DNA of 64,000 bases, taken from Lama guanicoe (lineage: Eukaryota). Positions 13,503-27,295 of this stretch are shown here, piece after piece. A model generated the notes under the pieces. The model was not told where the DNA came from, searched no databases, and saw only the letters and a list, made by a program, of their open reading frames with translations. The stretch lies in assembly GCA_013239625.1 (NCBI GenBank), contig MU056050.1, positions 1,040,084 through 1,104,083 of the forward strand. The letters are read 5' to 3'. The first letter of the stretch is position 1. The number at the start of each line of letters is the position of its first letter. The position numbers were made by a program, and so were the translations under genes.

Positions 13503-13640
13503 CAGAGTTACTGTGCATATAGCCCCACAAATTGGTTACTGCACAGCACCATGGGGCATCATTCACATAGATTACAATGTGAGTGGCATCCCCTACAGTT
13601 GTGCAGTGTAAATCCTGAATCAGTCTACACAGATATTCCC
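13503..13640. mobile_element. MER91-like hAT-Tip100 MITE
   Basis: ctgcacagcaccatggggcatcattcacatagattacaatgtgagtggcatcccctacagttgtgcagtg palindromic core. Confidence 0.75.
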
Positions 13641-14904
13641 ATTTAGTGCTAGCATGTTTCTGTTTTGAAGAAGGGAAATTTGTTAGCTTCTATCACATTC
13701 CGTATGAAAAGATGTGTTTTACTTGATCTGTGTTCACCAGAATTTACAAATTTGATATTCAAGGTACCTTAATGCTAAGATAGGAATGTCACTGGAAATA
13801 AGTATATACCCTGTTACAATATTATAGGTCACATTTTCATTCATAAATTGTTCACCTGTTATTTAGATTTTGGTGAACCATAGTTTTATAACCTACAGAG
13901 TTGAGGGCCACACCTTGACCAAGAAAGATTCCACTAAACTATATTGGTCTCATGAAAGCCACCCTGAAACTATCAGGCAGCTCTGTCCTTGTCATGACCA
14001 CAGCTACCAGGCTGTCATATTATGTATTTTATGTTATGAAGAAAACAAAATCAATTTTTAAGTAAATAAGAAAAGTCGGAGACAGTGTGATGAGCTATGG
14101 ATTCCATTTAGAAAATTTTCCTTCATATGCATTTTTTTGCACCTGCAACCAGATTGTAACCTTGAGAAGAATCTTATGTACAAAATTAGAGGCCACAGTG
14201 GAAAATTTACTTCTGAGAGTAGGTCATCAAAAAGAGCATGCTGAGTCCAGATGCAGAGGAAATTAGAACCTTTGTTTGTTCTCTCTTTGAGGACAATTGT
14301 GCCCTCTGTGAAAATTACATAGCCCCTCCTTACACTGTTTGAGGGGGAGAGAAGCCCATTAACAAAACAAGTAAGGGAGATATTGGAGCACAAAATCGGG
14401 AGGAGGAGTTAGGAAAATAATTGTATTTGAAAACTGCTGAGTCATTAGACTGATTGTATAAGCTGAGGAAAGGGAAGGAGAGAAAATGTTACTTGAGCTA
14501 AGAGAGCAGATGGAACTCACTGAAATAGTGACTAACAGGTCATGGCTTCTCCCACAGTTTCCCTTCTCCTGAAAATCATCTTTACTTGACTCTCTTGCCT
14601 TTCCAGATTCCTCCTTATTTCTTTTCTTCCTTGTACAACTAAACTTCTCTTTAAAAGTTGACTTTTAATCCTTAGCACCCCAGTCTCTCCTTGACCCTTA
14701 AATACATTTCCTCTGAAACTTCTTCCCACCACCCTCCTAAATCTATATGCTAAAACACATCAGTGCTGTATCAAACCTTTATTTCCAGGTCTAACTCTCT
14801 TTCTCAATCTGTTTCTGCTTTTATAAATATCTGCTGGAGTTTTCCCCCTAAATATAACAGCAGTGAAACAGCACAGGCAAGAACAGCCAAGGCAGCACCA
14901 GTGA

Positions 14905-15125
14905 CAATCAGACAAATTATTTAGTGAGCACTGCCTGGCATTGTTCCAAGGGCTCTTCATGCACTGACTCATTTGATTCCTTCAGTGACTCTATGAGGTA
15001 GGTGCTTCCATTATCCTTTCTGTAAAGATGAAATGACAAGTTCGGAGAGGATTCATAACTTCTCCAGTTCATTTAAGCTAGTAAGTTCTGGAGCTAGGTT
15101 TTGAATTTAGTTACTCTAAGTGCTT
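14905..15125 (-). mobile_element. MIR SINE
   Basis: ttagtgagcactgcctggcattgttccaagg...ctatgaggtaggtgc...gctagtaagttctggagctagg. Confidence 0.85.
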
Positions 15126-16382
15126 GAGCTGTGTTGTAAGCCAGCTTTCTAGATGCCATGCCCCTTCAGATTCAGCATATCTAAAACTAAACTCCTAAAT
15201 CCCTATCCTTAACCCTAAGCAAGTTTGTTCACTTTCTCCACTTCTTTAATGAAGTCACCATTTTCCCAAATCCCAGTCTTCTTTAAGCAGGCATAATACA
15301 AAATAAGGAGTTTTCAGGGTTCTGATTCACCAATGCATGAGAATGTTCATCAAAATCTTCACAACTTTTAATGCTGAATGTACTTACTTTGATATAACAT
15401 CATATACACAGGTCTGTGGATATGAAGTCATAGTTCTTAAATATTATAGATGTATTTTAATGCTTTTCTGCAAATAAATTTGAATTTTAAATACTTAGCC
15501 AGAGTGTGTCGTATTTAGCAAACATTCCTTTGTCTATGCTTTCTTTCAGTGATTCTCTAGGGCTTCGTCAGACATGTAAAAACTCTAGTAACTTGTCTGA
15601 CAAAAAAGTCATAAAACGTTACATAATTGAATAGTTGTTTAACTTAAACTATCCCTGGGGTGAACTAGATAGTAGGTTACATGTGGGGATGAAGAGTTGT
15701 TATAGGTTAGAAACTTGAAGTAATTCATATGGCAAATGATAGTTTAATCATGCAGTCATTTCTCTCTCTCACCATGTTTGGAAACACATAGGTCTTTGGC
15801 ATAGGGGAGATCAAACATTTCTGTAGTTGGATAATTTTTCCATTTTTGTGCAGATAATTTGGTGTTAGATGGACTCAGACAACCTTTATATTTTACCATT
15901 GTTTACAGAGCAAGGCATCAAACAGGGAGGCTAATATGTTAAAAGTTTGATTCAATTATGCCCTTGAATACATCTGAACTCACTTACTCACTACCATTAG
16001 TTTGAAATTACCAAAGATTCTGGAAGTAGTCCTATACTCTTGTAAAGGAAATGTAAGCATCCATTGGCTACACCAAGGTACTCTTGCTGAGGGTGTCATT
16101 TTGACTTTGTACAATGAGGCCTTGCTTGCCCTGTTTCCTATGGCCATGCAGGTCCCTGCCTCCTCCTCCAGTACCAGTAAGTGGGCCCTTATTTTCTCCT
16201 GTGCTTGATCCTTTGCCAGGTATCCTTTGCCAGGATCCTTTGAAATTCTGTTCTTAGAATTTCTTTATCATTATATATTTCCAGAGATTAGAATCCAGAC
16301 CCAGAATATCATTTCTCATGTTTTGACCCTTGATAAATGCTACCTGATTTCTCTGACACTGCCTGTTTATCTACCTAGGCCT

Positions 16383-16495
16383 CAGGACCGTCACAGATGG
16401 CCATGCAAGCTGTACACTGCACAACTCCAGGGGACACCATTGTGAGGACTGTGATGTGAATGGTGCCCCTGGAGTTGTGCAACGAGGCGGCCCTA
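16383..16495. mobile_element. MER91-like hAT-Tip100 MITE with strong hairpin
   Basis: Perfect 16-bp inverted arms TGCACAACTCCAGGGG (16418) / CCCCTGGAGTTGTGCA (ends 16481); caggaccg...cggcccta termini. Confidence 0.85.
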
Positions 16496-18999
16496 ACTAG
16501 ATCTTTACCTATTATATGCTTTCAGACTACCCTCCCTTTCTGCCTTTTGTAACACCTTGCTTCACCTATTACGTGGAAATTTGCCTAGTTTTTATTACCA
16601 GACCTCCCTGACTTCAATTTTCTGCCTTCTTGGACCACCAATTAATGCCTGCTGTTTAAATACTATTGCCAATGATTACAAATGCGATCTTTTTTAAACA
16701 TCAAAATTGCACAGAAGTCAAGTTGTTAGAATGACAAAATCACAAAACTCAAGGGTACATGAAATAGCTAGTTGTCAAGGTTCTGATTTTCACTCTGTTC
16801 ATTTGAAAGCATATATACACGTAGGTAGCCTTGATAGCTCACAATATTTGTTTTTCTTACTGCATTAATTTCAGTAAGAGGGCTATTTCGCATTTATACC
16901 TTCTGACAAGTGAAACAAATCTAGACATATTTTGTCTTTAAATCCATGTACTTATACTCTATTGGGAATGATTTTTCAGGAGATCTAAGAATAGAATCTG
17001 AAAAGAAACCCAATTCTTTCTATAATTTCACTTAACAAACTTTTTGACTGAAAGGGGTGGACCAGAGTGGATAGTAGGTATTCTGCATGGGCATTGAAAA
17101 CTTTATTCAGGCTGTGTTTATAAGGTAGTTTTGAAAATTATGTTAAAAAGAACGTGAAGAGGAATACAGTTAGGATTGCCACCAGAAAGCCTATTATTTA
17201 TGTATCACATAGGTTGAATACTGTGCTTCTGTATTGTTTCGAGAGAAATCCAAACATTTCCTAAAAGTGAGTTGCTAACCATTTTATGCACCGAATGAAG
17301 TTTCCATGTGTGGAGATTAGTTGAAAAGTACAAATCAGTAGGTTTGGTTAGCAATCAGACTATGATTCACTGAATGCTGGCAAATTCATAGCAGTGGGTC
17401 ATGGATTTATTACAGTGTCTTTTCATTTCATTACCAACCATAATGTGCTCCAAAATATATTTAAGGACTCTGCCTGCCGCAAAGGCTTTTTTTTCTCTAA
17501 ACTAGTTTGAAAATGCATTTCATTTTTATTTTTACAAAATGTGAAGATGAAAGACAGAGAAGAAGTAGGAACATCCTCATTGACAAGAAAGAGAGTGACA
17601 CAAGTGGTATCATTTTCTCGCCTCATGTAAATGCCCTCATTGATGGAGCATTTTTGATTGTCTTGTGTTTTTGCAAAGCATTGCTGATCAATATTGACTA
17701 AAAGCATAGATTCATAGCAGCCACTCTGCTCTGAGGCATGTAATTGGAACGTGTAATTCTCTAGGCTGCTTAATATAAATGATAACCAATACCAGTATAT
17801 CTTTGTTTAAAGTTTATTAAGTGGGATGGAAATCACAAATATCTAAGATCCTTGCTGCTTCGGTGACTAGGCTGAGCAGTTTTTTTTCTTCAGCCTCCTT
17901 TCATAATTCCCCAAAGGAAGCTTTATTGTATTAGCACATTCTAGCTAGCTTGCTTCATTGGAGTTTATGATTTTGAAGCAATAGCAATCTGAAGCAAATT
18001 TGGTGGTATGGAAAACCATAGCAAGAAGCTCTTCCCTTTATTCCTTGGTAACAAAACAAAATAGAGTTATTATTTCTCTGTGCCAATAAATTTTATTCAG
18101 AATAGACTCTTTTTGTTTTAGTCAGTGAAATGACAAAACAAGGGAGTATTTAGTGCCCAAAGCTAGAATTCTCCACATATTATCAAGTGACATTCACAGA
18201 GGATCACCCATGTTGGTTTCACAAGCTCTACTGGACATTCTCCTAGGTAGTAAATTGGCCTGGGTCTCAAGCCAGGTCAAGGAGTCTTAATTTAAATCTG
18301 GCATAGTTTGTTCAAATCAGAGACTATACATTTCAATGCCTTTAGGAACTAAGAAGGTCACAAATTTGTAGAGTCTAAAAGTGGAATTTTAAGTAATGGT
18401 AGGGTCTGTAGTGAACTGGATAGTATATCCCACTTTTAAATAAACGCAAATGAGTTTGTGACGCTGTTGAATGGATTTTACGTCGTATCTATACTCACAT
18501 GGCAGCTCGTTACACTATGGTAATAACGGACCAAGCTAGTAGGATATTAAAGGGTCCGAAAAAGAACAATAGTCAATGAACCCATCTAACCAAGAGTTTC
18601 TCAGATGTGACAACAGGATCCTCCTTTCTTTATATCATTAATCCCACTCCTTTATGCGTGTGCATCTAAGCATAGGTGTGTGGCAGACACACAATGCTTA
18701 TGTACTTCTTGTGGAATTTTATTGATTTATGGAAAGCAGTTTAGTAAATACTATACTTAGAGAAAACTACTTAAAATAATCATAAAATCCCAGCTGTCAC
18801 TAATTGAAGAAAGTATATTTCCCTTAGATGCTGTTTAATTGGCTCTGAATATCCATATTGTGAAACGCTGAACATTTGGGCTGTCAGTTCTTAAGTATCT
18901 CAAAGTCCATTCAAAACAGATGCTTTTAAGGTGAAATTAGTTTTCATACAAGGTGATACATTTTGACTTTGTAATATTTCTCATCAGCTAAAGTGATCT

Positions 19000-19320
19000 A
19001 GTCCATTGGTTAGTGAATGGGCTAAGGTGTTGTAATAATGAGTCCAAAACAGTTGTTCCAATACAAGAGAAGTAATTTTTTCTCTCACAGGACAGTCCAA
19101 GGCTGTCCAGAGCAGGTAGCTTTGTCCCTAAGAAGATGACCCAGGAGCTGCACATTGCACTTCTGCCCACATCCCATTCTCCAGAACCTAGTAATGAGGG
19201 TATGCCTAACTGCACAGAGACTGGGAAATAAAGTTTCTGGCCAGAAAGCTAGGTTCCCAGCAGAAACTGAGAAGTAGTAGGAAAGAATGGGAACTAGGGG
19301 ACGTTTAGCGATCTCTGTTA
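19000..19320 (-). mobile_element. Old MaLR LTR (MLT1I/J/L-like)
   Basis: cacttctgcccacatcccattctccagaacctagt...ctaactgcacagagactgggaaat. Confidence 0.65.
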
Positions 19321-20289
19321 TACCTAGGAAGCATTGTTGGTCATGGCACAACATACTAAGGTGTAGGAGAGAAAACTAAGTAAGTAGTTCCATTAAAATT
19401 CAATGAATGTCTATAGAAAAAAGATATCATTTGGTTATTTGATGAGCACAATGATTTAGACATGGGCAAATATATTTTATTGAATAGGCAAAACACCATA
19501 ATTTCTCTTTCTCTTTTATATTGGTAGCCACTTAACCTGAATGAACTGCTGGTATATGTTTATATTTATTCAACACTAATGTATTAGGACCTTTCTTTGT
19601 GTTGGTCACTGTATTGGAGATGCTACAATGAGTAACATATGGCTACAGCCCTGGAGAAGGTCATAGAACAGTGAGGATATATGGTTTTGGATAATCCCAG
19701 AATATTAGACATGGGCATTTTTTCTTATTTCCAAAAGTAAAGTAGTAAAATAACACAGAAAACTTTTTTTAGGGGGGAGAAATTCCTACTGTTGGTTTAG
19801 AATTCTAGCTAAATAAATTTTCATGTTTCACTTTGTCCTTGGAGGAATTGCATTTTTTTTTACAGTAATGCTTGTATTTTCTTACAAGTTTCCATAGCAA
19901 TGAAAGTGTCAAGAAGGAAGACAGAATGTATGATTTGTTAAGAGAAGACACTTCTAAATAAGAGTGATATGTGATATAAATAAGAGTGATTTTCACATTT
20001 CCATGGGCCTATAATGCAGGGTAGTGTAGGACTTGGCTTCTATTGTCTCAATTTTATAAAGAGTTAAATGGGGATAGTGAAATTTTTCCACCTACTTCAT
20101 ACCTGTGAAGTTTAAATAAATTAATGTGTGTGAAAATACTTTATAACCCTTAACGTGATGCATTATTATTAGGTATTATTGCTGTATCAAAACTTGGTGA
20201 CTGATATCAGGATATTTGATATCTTTATCATAGAGAGCACTCTGGTTATAGTTCCTAAGTATATCTTGATTCCCTGCACAATTTATATG

Positions 20290-22200
20290 TAGGGGGTGGA
20301 GAGCAATGACAAGAGATGAAGTTGAAGGGTAGGCAGAGATTATGTATGCCGTGGCAAGGAGTTGGAATATTTTTTCTAAGTGCAGTGGTAAGCTATTGAA
20401 AGGTTTGAAACAGGGAAGTGATTTGGCCTGAATTGTTCTTTGAAAAGTTTTACTCTGGCTATTTTGTAGAGAATAAACTGTAGGAGGCAAAATTAAAGAC
20501 AGAAATCAGATCATTGAGAGACTTTTATAGTAGTCTAAGCACAACAAAGAAACAAAGAAACAAACAAAAAAACTATGCTGGTTTGGGTTAGGTTCATAGC
20601 TGTGGGAATGGAGAGGAGAGGACAAATTTGGGAAAGGTTGGAAGTAGAAGTGATGAGATTAGCTTAATATTGAGCCTGTAGGCAGAATCTTTATTCCTAT
20701 GGTAGCACAGATGATTGGGTTGAACTTGATGCTAAGTTTTTTTGTCTTTGATCTGTGCAGTGCACTTTATACAAACAACTTCAACTTTCTCAGTGTCATA
20801 AATCCTGTGAGGTAGTGGAATATTATGGCTATTTTGCTGCAAAGACCACTTCTTTGATTAAATGAAGTTGGGTGTACTTTGTTGGCTAAGTGGTTAGGAA
20901 ATTGCTTACGATTAGCCAGCATTGGCAACTAGTTTGATTAGCAAATTTAGGATAGATGTTTTAATTAAAAATATAGAAGTGTGATTTTAAGGAAAATATT
21001 TGCCAAAAGAATACTTGTAAAGTTAAACAGACTTCCATGAGGGAATGTGGGAAAGCAGGGATTCAAGAATGAAATCGATGCTTTTGGTTTAGGATAGTAA
21101 ACCATCTAGGAGTAAATGGAACATTTTATGAAGCTATTTGGAAGACTCATATAGAGTATCAGGCTTGGGAGAGAGAATCCAAAATTCTCTTTTGGATATG
21201 TTGAGTTTGAGATGCCTGTTAGAACTCTCACAGGTTAGAGTATCCAAGTAAACAGTTAAGGATATAAGATGAGTTCAGTGATGAGACTGTGGCAGGAGGT
21301 AAAAATAGGGGACATGTGTATCTGAATATGTGGTGAATGAGATGAGATGCCTAGTCTACATCCAAATCGTGATGCCTAGTAGGAAGTTGAATTTTTATGT
21401 TTGAAACTAAGGGGAAAGAACTTGGATAGAGATACAGATTTTGGACTCTTCAGCATATGCATGACAATTGAAATCATAGGTGTAGACAAGATTTCCCACC
21501 AGCTAGAAACATAGTGGAAATAAAAGGGGATCCAGCACAGAACTGAGGAGCAGCAGGGGATGAAAAGGAAGAGAGTCCTGGTGAAAAGGGTAGCAGGAAA
21601 ATCAAAGGAGGAGGGTGTTTCTAGGAACAAGTATTTTTCAACACTATCAAATGCTTTTAATGGGATAAGTAGATAATAACTGAGAGATATCCATTGGATT
21701 TAGTATCAGAAACTTCTAGGTTGGTGAGAGATGGTTTGGTGAATTACTGGAGGTAGAAACCAAATTTTGTTGAGGTAGGTAAGGAGTATAGGTTAGGAGT
21801 GCAGATGGCAGTTGTAGATAGTTCTTCCAAGAAGTTTGTTCCTGACCTGTTGGAGAGAAATTACAAAGTAGCTGGAGAGGCTAAGGGAGTTATATTTTTA
21901 AGATAGGCAAGTGAGCTTACTTAAATGCTGATGAAAAGGATCTAGTAGATAGAGGCTGAAGAGAAAAGAGAGAAAGAGGACAGTCAATTTAATACATTTT
22001 TTTTGAGAGAAGATTGTATACAAAGAATAAATGAAAATGTTAGGCAGAAAATGTACATGTTTTGTTGTAGGAGGAAGGTAGAAGGAAAGGGTGGGTGTGA
22101 ATGCAAGAAAAATGGCAAAAATAGTAATTGGAAAATAACAGAGTCCCCATCACATTCCTATTGGTTTCTCAAGTTAGTCTACTGAGCGGATGGTGGTGTA
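20290..22200 (-). mobile_element. L2 LINE fragments
   Basis: agctattgaaaggtttgaaacagggaagtga; ttttggatatgttgagtttgagatgcctgttaga; tcaaatgct...taactgaga...ccattggatttag. Confidence 0.8.
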
Positions 22201-22312
22201 GCGGGGTCAGTACTGGGAGAGCAAGGGAACCAAAGAGGAAGCACAAGCCTCGAGCACCCTTGTCTTTGGCCCGACACTTTTTCTACTTGATTACCTCTTG
22301 AATTGTCTTCTT

Positions 22313-22760
22313 GTTTTAATCGAAATATACTTGACATATAACATTGTGTAAATTTGAGGTATACAACATGATGATTTGATACATTTCTATATTATAATAT
22401 GATTTCCATTGTAGCGATACTTAGCACCTCTATCATGTCACATAATTATCATTTCTTTTTTCTGGTGGGAATAAGATCTAGTCTCTTAGCAAGTTTGATA
22501 ATTATAATACAATTTTGTTATTTATATTCACTGTACTCTACATTAGATCTCTAGGACTTATTTGTCTACTGGTTGCAAATTTATGCCTTTAAACAGCATC
22601 TCTCCTGTTCTCTCCCTGCCCGCCCTCCCCTCCCATGGCCACCATTGTACTCTGTTTTTACGAATTTGGCTTTTTTAGATTTCACATATGAGTAAGATCA
22701 TACATTATTTGTCTTTGTTTGATTTATCTCACTTAGCTTAATGTCCTCAAAGTCCACACG
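22313..22760 (-). mobile_element. 5'-truncated L1 3' end (L1MA9-like) with 9-bp TSD
   Basis: TGTCTTCTT at 22304-22312 and 22761-22769; TT/AAGA endonuclease-like site on minus; gacatataacattgtgtaaatttgaggtatacaacatgatg. Confidence 0.85.
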
Positions 22761-23719
22761 TGTCTTCTTAAATCTGTGGTTGAAGAGCTGTACCTCCTCA
22801 AATCTAGTAATGGTTGTATTTTAGGCTTAATGTTACATGGCATTGTCAATTTTTTTTCTTTTCTTTTTTTTTTTTTCTAACTCAGGTGTGAGAGGTTGCA
22901 TTAGCAACAGCTAGCCAGGTAACATTTGAAACCTTTTCTGAAGGTTTTTGTCTTCCGTAAGTGAACTGATTCTTACCAGGCTATTTTCAAGTATTAGATC
23001 CATAGCGGGCCTGTGAAAGGACATTAAATGCGTTGGCAGCTCTGTAACCTTTTGCAGGTGACATGTTGTCAACTTGTTTCTGAATGTGTCTTTCCTTGGT
23101 GCTTCTGTTAGAGAGGGAATCCCAGGTGGGTAATCATTTTGTCTAATCCTAGGAGGCATTTCTGGTGTTCTCAAAAGTCCATCTATGCCCCTACTTTAGA
23201 TATTGTTAAGCTCATGTCTATAGTGTCTAATTGAGAGCCATACTGGGATGATGCCCCAACTATTCTCAGCTTCACTTTCATTTTAGCTCCAGCAAATCAT
23301 TAAGTAGAAAATCAAGCCTTGGATAACTGTGGTTCCTTAACACTGTGTAATCATGTCTAAATCTCTGCCTTACTTCTTTTCAAATAATCCCTCAAACAAG
23401 ATTGTGTCCCAAAACTGTTGCTAAATTCTATCTTCCACTAACCTTTTTTTCTGATTGGGTTGTATCTATCCCTTTTCTTTCTGTTTAGTCTTCTCTTGTT
23501 TGTTCTCTTCCTCTTACATGTAAGTTTAGATAGGTTTTGTATATTATGAAATTTATCTAGTTTTCTGCTATCATGACATTTTTGATGCTCATCTTATTTT
23601 GCTATTTTTCCTCTCTTCTCTGTATTCTATGGATATCTGTGTCATATGTAATTTATGCTAATTAATTAAAGTCAAGAATCTTTAGGAAATTCACCTGAAC
23701 ATTTACCTTAAGCATAAAG

Positions 23720-24200
23720 TACTTGTCATTACTCTGTGCTTAAGAAAATAATTCAAGCTAGTTTAAGCAAAAAAGGAATTGGGCCACATAATTGGAAAGC
23801 CTAAAGGTAGGTATCAGTTACTACTGTATCTGGGATTCTATTTCTCTCTGTGCATCAGTATCATTTTCAGAGAAGCTCTCTCCATGTGGCAAGGAAGATG
23901 GCTATAGTCATCCCAAGCCTACAGTTTGCAACATGTAACTTGTAAAGAAGGAGTTCTGCCAGTGTACATATAGCAAATTTTATATAAGAACTCTGATGAC
24001 TCATGCTTGAGTCATGGGCTTATCCCTTGAGTAAGGAATAAGGTATCATGATTGGTAGAATCTGGGTCACATGCCCATCAATAACGTGTAGAGGCTCAGG
24101 CACTATGATTAATAGTTCCACTAGAACCATTTATAGTGTGGGTGAAACAGCTCCTCAAGGAAAGAATGCTGACAGGCAAAATTAACATATTTAGTATACA
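23720..24200 (-). mobile_element. MaLR LTR (MLT1J/K-like)
   Basis: aagaaaataattcaagctagtttaagcaaaaaaggaatt...ctctccatgtggcaaggaagatggc...ctgggtcacatgccca. Confidence 0.7.
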
Positions 24201-24309
24201 TATAATACTATGTTTTATATAATGTTTTCCCCATATTCCTGCCTTTAAGAAGACATTTTTTAAACTCAGTGGATGGCAGTACTCATGCCAGAAATGAGTC
24301 TTTTCAGAA

Positions 24310-24560
24310 TCTTATTGAGCACTTGTATAGTGCTTACTATGTACAAGATACTGTTTTTAGCATTTTACGAATTTCAATTCATTAATCCTCACCACAACCT
24401 ATGAGATAGGTATGTAAATGTTATGGATAACTATGTATATGTTACGGATGAAGAAACTGAAGCATCGAGAGGTTGAGTAACTGCCCCGTGGCCGCATAGT
24501 AAGTAGATAATCCCAACATTTTAACCCAGGCTGTCTACACCCAGTGTCCATGTGCTTAAA
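24310..24560 (-). mobile_element. MIR SINE
   Basis: aatcctcaccacaacctatgagatagg...gatgaagaaactgaagcatcgagaggttgagtaactgccc. Confidence 0.85.
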
Positions 24561-24689
24561 CGTGTCATGCCATATGCTTACTTACTATGCTTACTTTTTG
24601 ATACTTTCTACCTGTTCCATCTAATTTGGTCACAAACTGTTGTTGAGTATAACTTTTGTCTCATTAATAAATTGCAACTATATTTCCTC

Positions 24690-25010
24690 TTCTCCATCTC
24701 TCCACCCACTGTTGTCATTCTGTCCCTCCATCCCTGGTTCCTTCTTCATGAGTTGTTCTGTTCTTGTTTTTAATTTTTCTTTTCTCACATGGCAAATTAT
24801 TACAGTATTTTGACCAATCTTCTTCCCTTGAGCTTAGTCCTTCAAGACGTGTTTACCAACTTCCTCTAGGGTGATTTTTGCAAGGTATATATTTAATATT
24901 TTGCTTCTCTGATTAAAAATATTAAATAGTTCCCCAAAGTTTTTAAATTAAAATCTAAACTCTTTAACACAACCTATAAAGCCCTGCATAAGGTGACCTT
25001 TTCTGATTTT
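24690..25010 (+). mobile_element. L2 fragment
   Basis: cttctccatctctccacccactg...taaaatctaaactctttaacacaacctataaagccctgcat. Confidence 0.65.
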
Positions 25011-26164
25011 TCAGATACTCTTACCACTCCCACACTTTGCCTGATTTTTCATACATACCTCTTGCCACTTTCCCACTTTTATCTCACATATGACCCTCAC
25101 TGTCTAGCTTTATGATCTTTGGAGACTCATCTTACTCTCTGATCCACTGTTTCCTCAATTGCAAAATGATGAGGCTAGGCTAGAATATCCCTATGTACCT
25201 GCCGGCCCTGACCACATCTAAGATCCTGATTCTTTGGTTATCAACTCTTCCACTGTGATGCATTTAGCTTTCTGGATCCTTTGTATGTATCCGCAATAAG
25301 TACTCCTGGGTATAAGTTTTAGCTATCTCCTTAAAGGAGGAAAATGTCTTAAGTTTTTCTTTTTTGTAGTTTGAGACAAATAAAGAATTTCAATGCATGT
25401 CCTTCTTTTGTACACCAATTATTTAAGTGCTCTTAGATCAGAGCTATGTCTGATCTCACCAATTTTATGAGCTTTAAATAGGAAAAAACTAAGCTATTTG
25501 TACAAAGAGTCAACAAATCCTAAAAATCAAAGATTAGAATTCAGTTTAAAGTTCAGAATCTACAAAGTGTGAATACTTTGTTAGTAAATAAATTTCCATG
25601 ATTATTTTTAATACCATCTTTAGCTAAATGTTCATTTGTTCTGGTGACTTCTATGGTGATCCCTTTGTGTTAGCTAAATTGAAAGTTTTGCAGCTTTGGC
25701 ATATGTAAACACTAATTGACTCTGAAGGGTTAGGGTTTGTTTCTTGTCCTTTCCAGAATCAGTGTTTTCCAAAACACTGTTGCAGAAACAACAGGAACTC
25801 AATGGTAGTTGTTTTTGTGCAGAGGGAAAAAATATGCTAATGAAGTCTGTATGAGGGGGCAGGAGTGTATTTTGAATTTCAGTTTAGTTTTTTTTTCTTC
25901 CTTTATGGCTTTCTTTCAAGGGAACTTGCTTCATTTCTGGAGAGTTTTCATAAGATGTAAATATTCAGAAGGGACCCTAAACAAAGTTTTTAGAAGTGAA
26001 ATTGGTTGCTTTCTTTTGAATGCAAAACAAATTGATCTGTGGTACAATGCAGTGCAAGGTTTTCTTGAAGAGAATTAGAGGCTCCAGCAAAGAGGAGCAA
26101 GTGGAAAGGGATGAATCGCCTCCTGCCTCTTCCTGCTCTCTGTTCCTGGGCTTCTTTTCCCTTA

Positions 26165-26400
26165 GTTGCATGGGCTTTGGAAGCAAGCAGATAAAAGTAT
26201 GCATCCTGACTCAGCTACTTCCTAGCTGTGATGTGGGGCAGTTATTTAACATCTTTAAGCCTCAGTTTCCTCCTTGTCAAGTGGGGATAAAAGTGCTTAT
26301 CTTGTAGAAGTGTATTTAAGATCAAATGACAACGCATGTTAAGAGCTGGACACAGTGTAAGCAGTCGGTCAACGTTACCAGCTTTTGTTATTACCGAATA
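26165..26400 (+). mobile_element. MIR SINE
   Basis: atcctgactcagctacttcctagctgtgatgtggggcagttatttaacatctttaagcctcagtttcctc. Confidence 0.85.
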
Positions 26401-27049
26401 TTACTGCTGTGGTTCCATGAGCTGATGAAGAGGAAAAGAATTATATTTCTTACCACGCAGCAAATTTAATTCAAAATTACCTGTGTGATCTTTCTGTTCT
26501 ACCTGGCAGTCCTCTGCCTCACTTCCCCTTTTTGTCCTCTTCCCCCACACAGATTCTTAAATCTTCCCTGTTGCCTGAGTAATTCAGTTCTTTCCAAAAA
26601 ATGCTTTCCCAGTTAGCAAAATAAGGGCCCCATAGATCACCTAATCTGGTCTCCTTAGAAAGCAGCCTAGCAAATATTAAAGCATGAGCTTTGTGAAGGT
26701 TTGCCCATTCACCTTGTGTTGCTTTTCTGGTCCATCCTCCCGGACCCCACTCAGGTCTCTTGCTAAAAAAGGGATTCTGCCATGAAGAACAGTAGGATTT
26801 CTGCAGTCCTATAGTTATTATTATCCTCAACAGGCGGAGGATTTAGCTTTAGCATACATATTTTAAGTAATTGCATTGTTCGATGGTGCTTTTAAGTTCT
26901 CTCATCATACACCAGGAGACGGCTTTTTAGTTTTGGAGGAATGTGCTAACGGGTTAGTTTATTCTATGGTGATTTTTGACCATTTAAATCTCTGTGCTCT
27001 GAAGTTTTACAGAGGTTGCTTGGACTTGAGATATACCTCTCTATACCAG

Positions 27050-27295
27050 GCTGGTGTGGTTCAAGCAGTATACCTTATTAGTAAAAGCCAGATCTGGATT
27101 CATATCCTGGCTCAGGCACTTAATGGCTGTGTGATCTTGGGCAACTGTCTTAACCTCTCTGAACCTCATTATTATCATCTATGAAATGGGAATCAAAACA
27201 TCTACCTTACAAGGGTATTTTGAGGATTAACTGCAGTAAAAACCCCAGATTCCTGGTATATAATACACATAGAGTACATGTTTCTGTAATTGTTT
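27050..27295 (+). mobile_element. MIR SINE
   Basis: ggctgtgtgatcttgggcaactgtcttaacctctctgaacctca...catctatgaaatgggaat. Confidence 0.85.

Noticed and set aside
13503..16495. miR-652 locus
   Set aside because: Both MER91-like copies differ at several positions from the miR-652-3p sequence I recall; shared TE ancestry explains the similarity.
25762..25781. Perfect short inverted repeat cagtgtttt-cc-aaaacactg
   Set aside because: Too short to be meaningful; resembles a hAT MITE terminus or chance.
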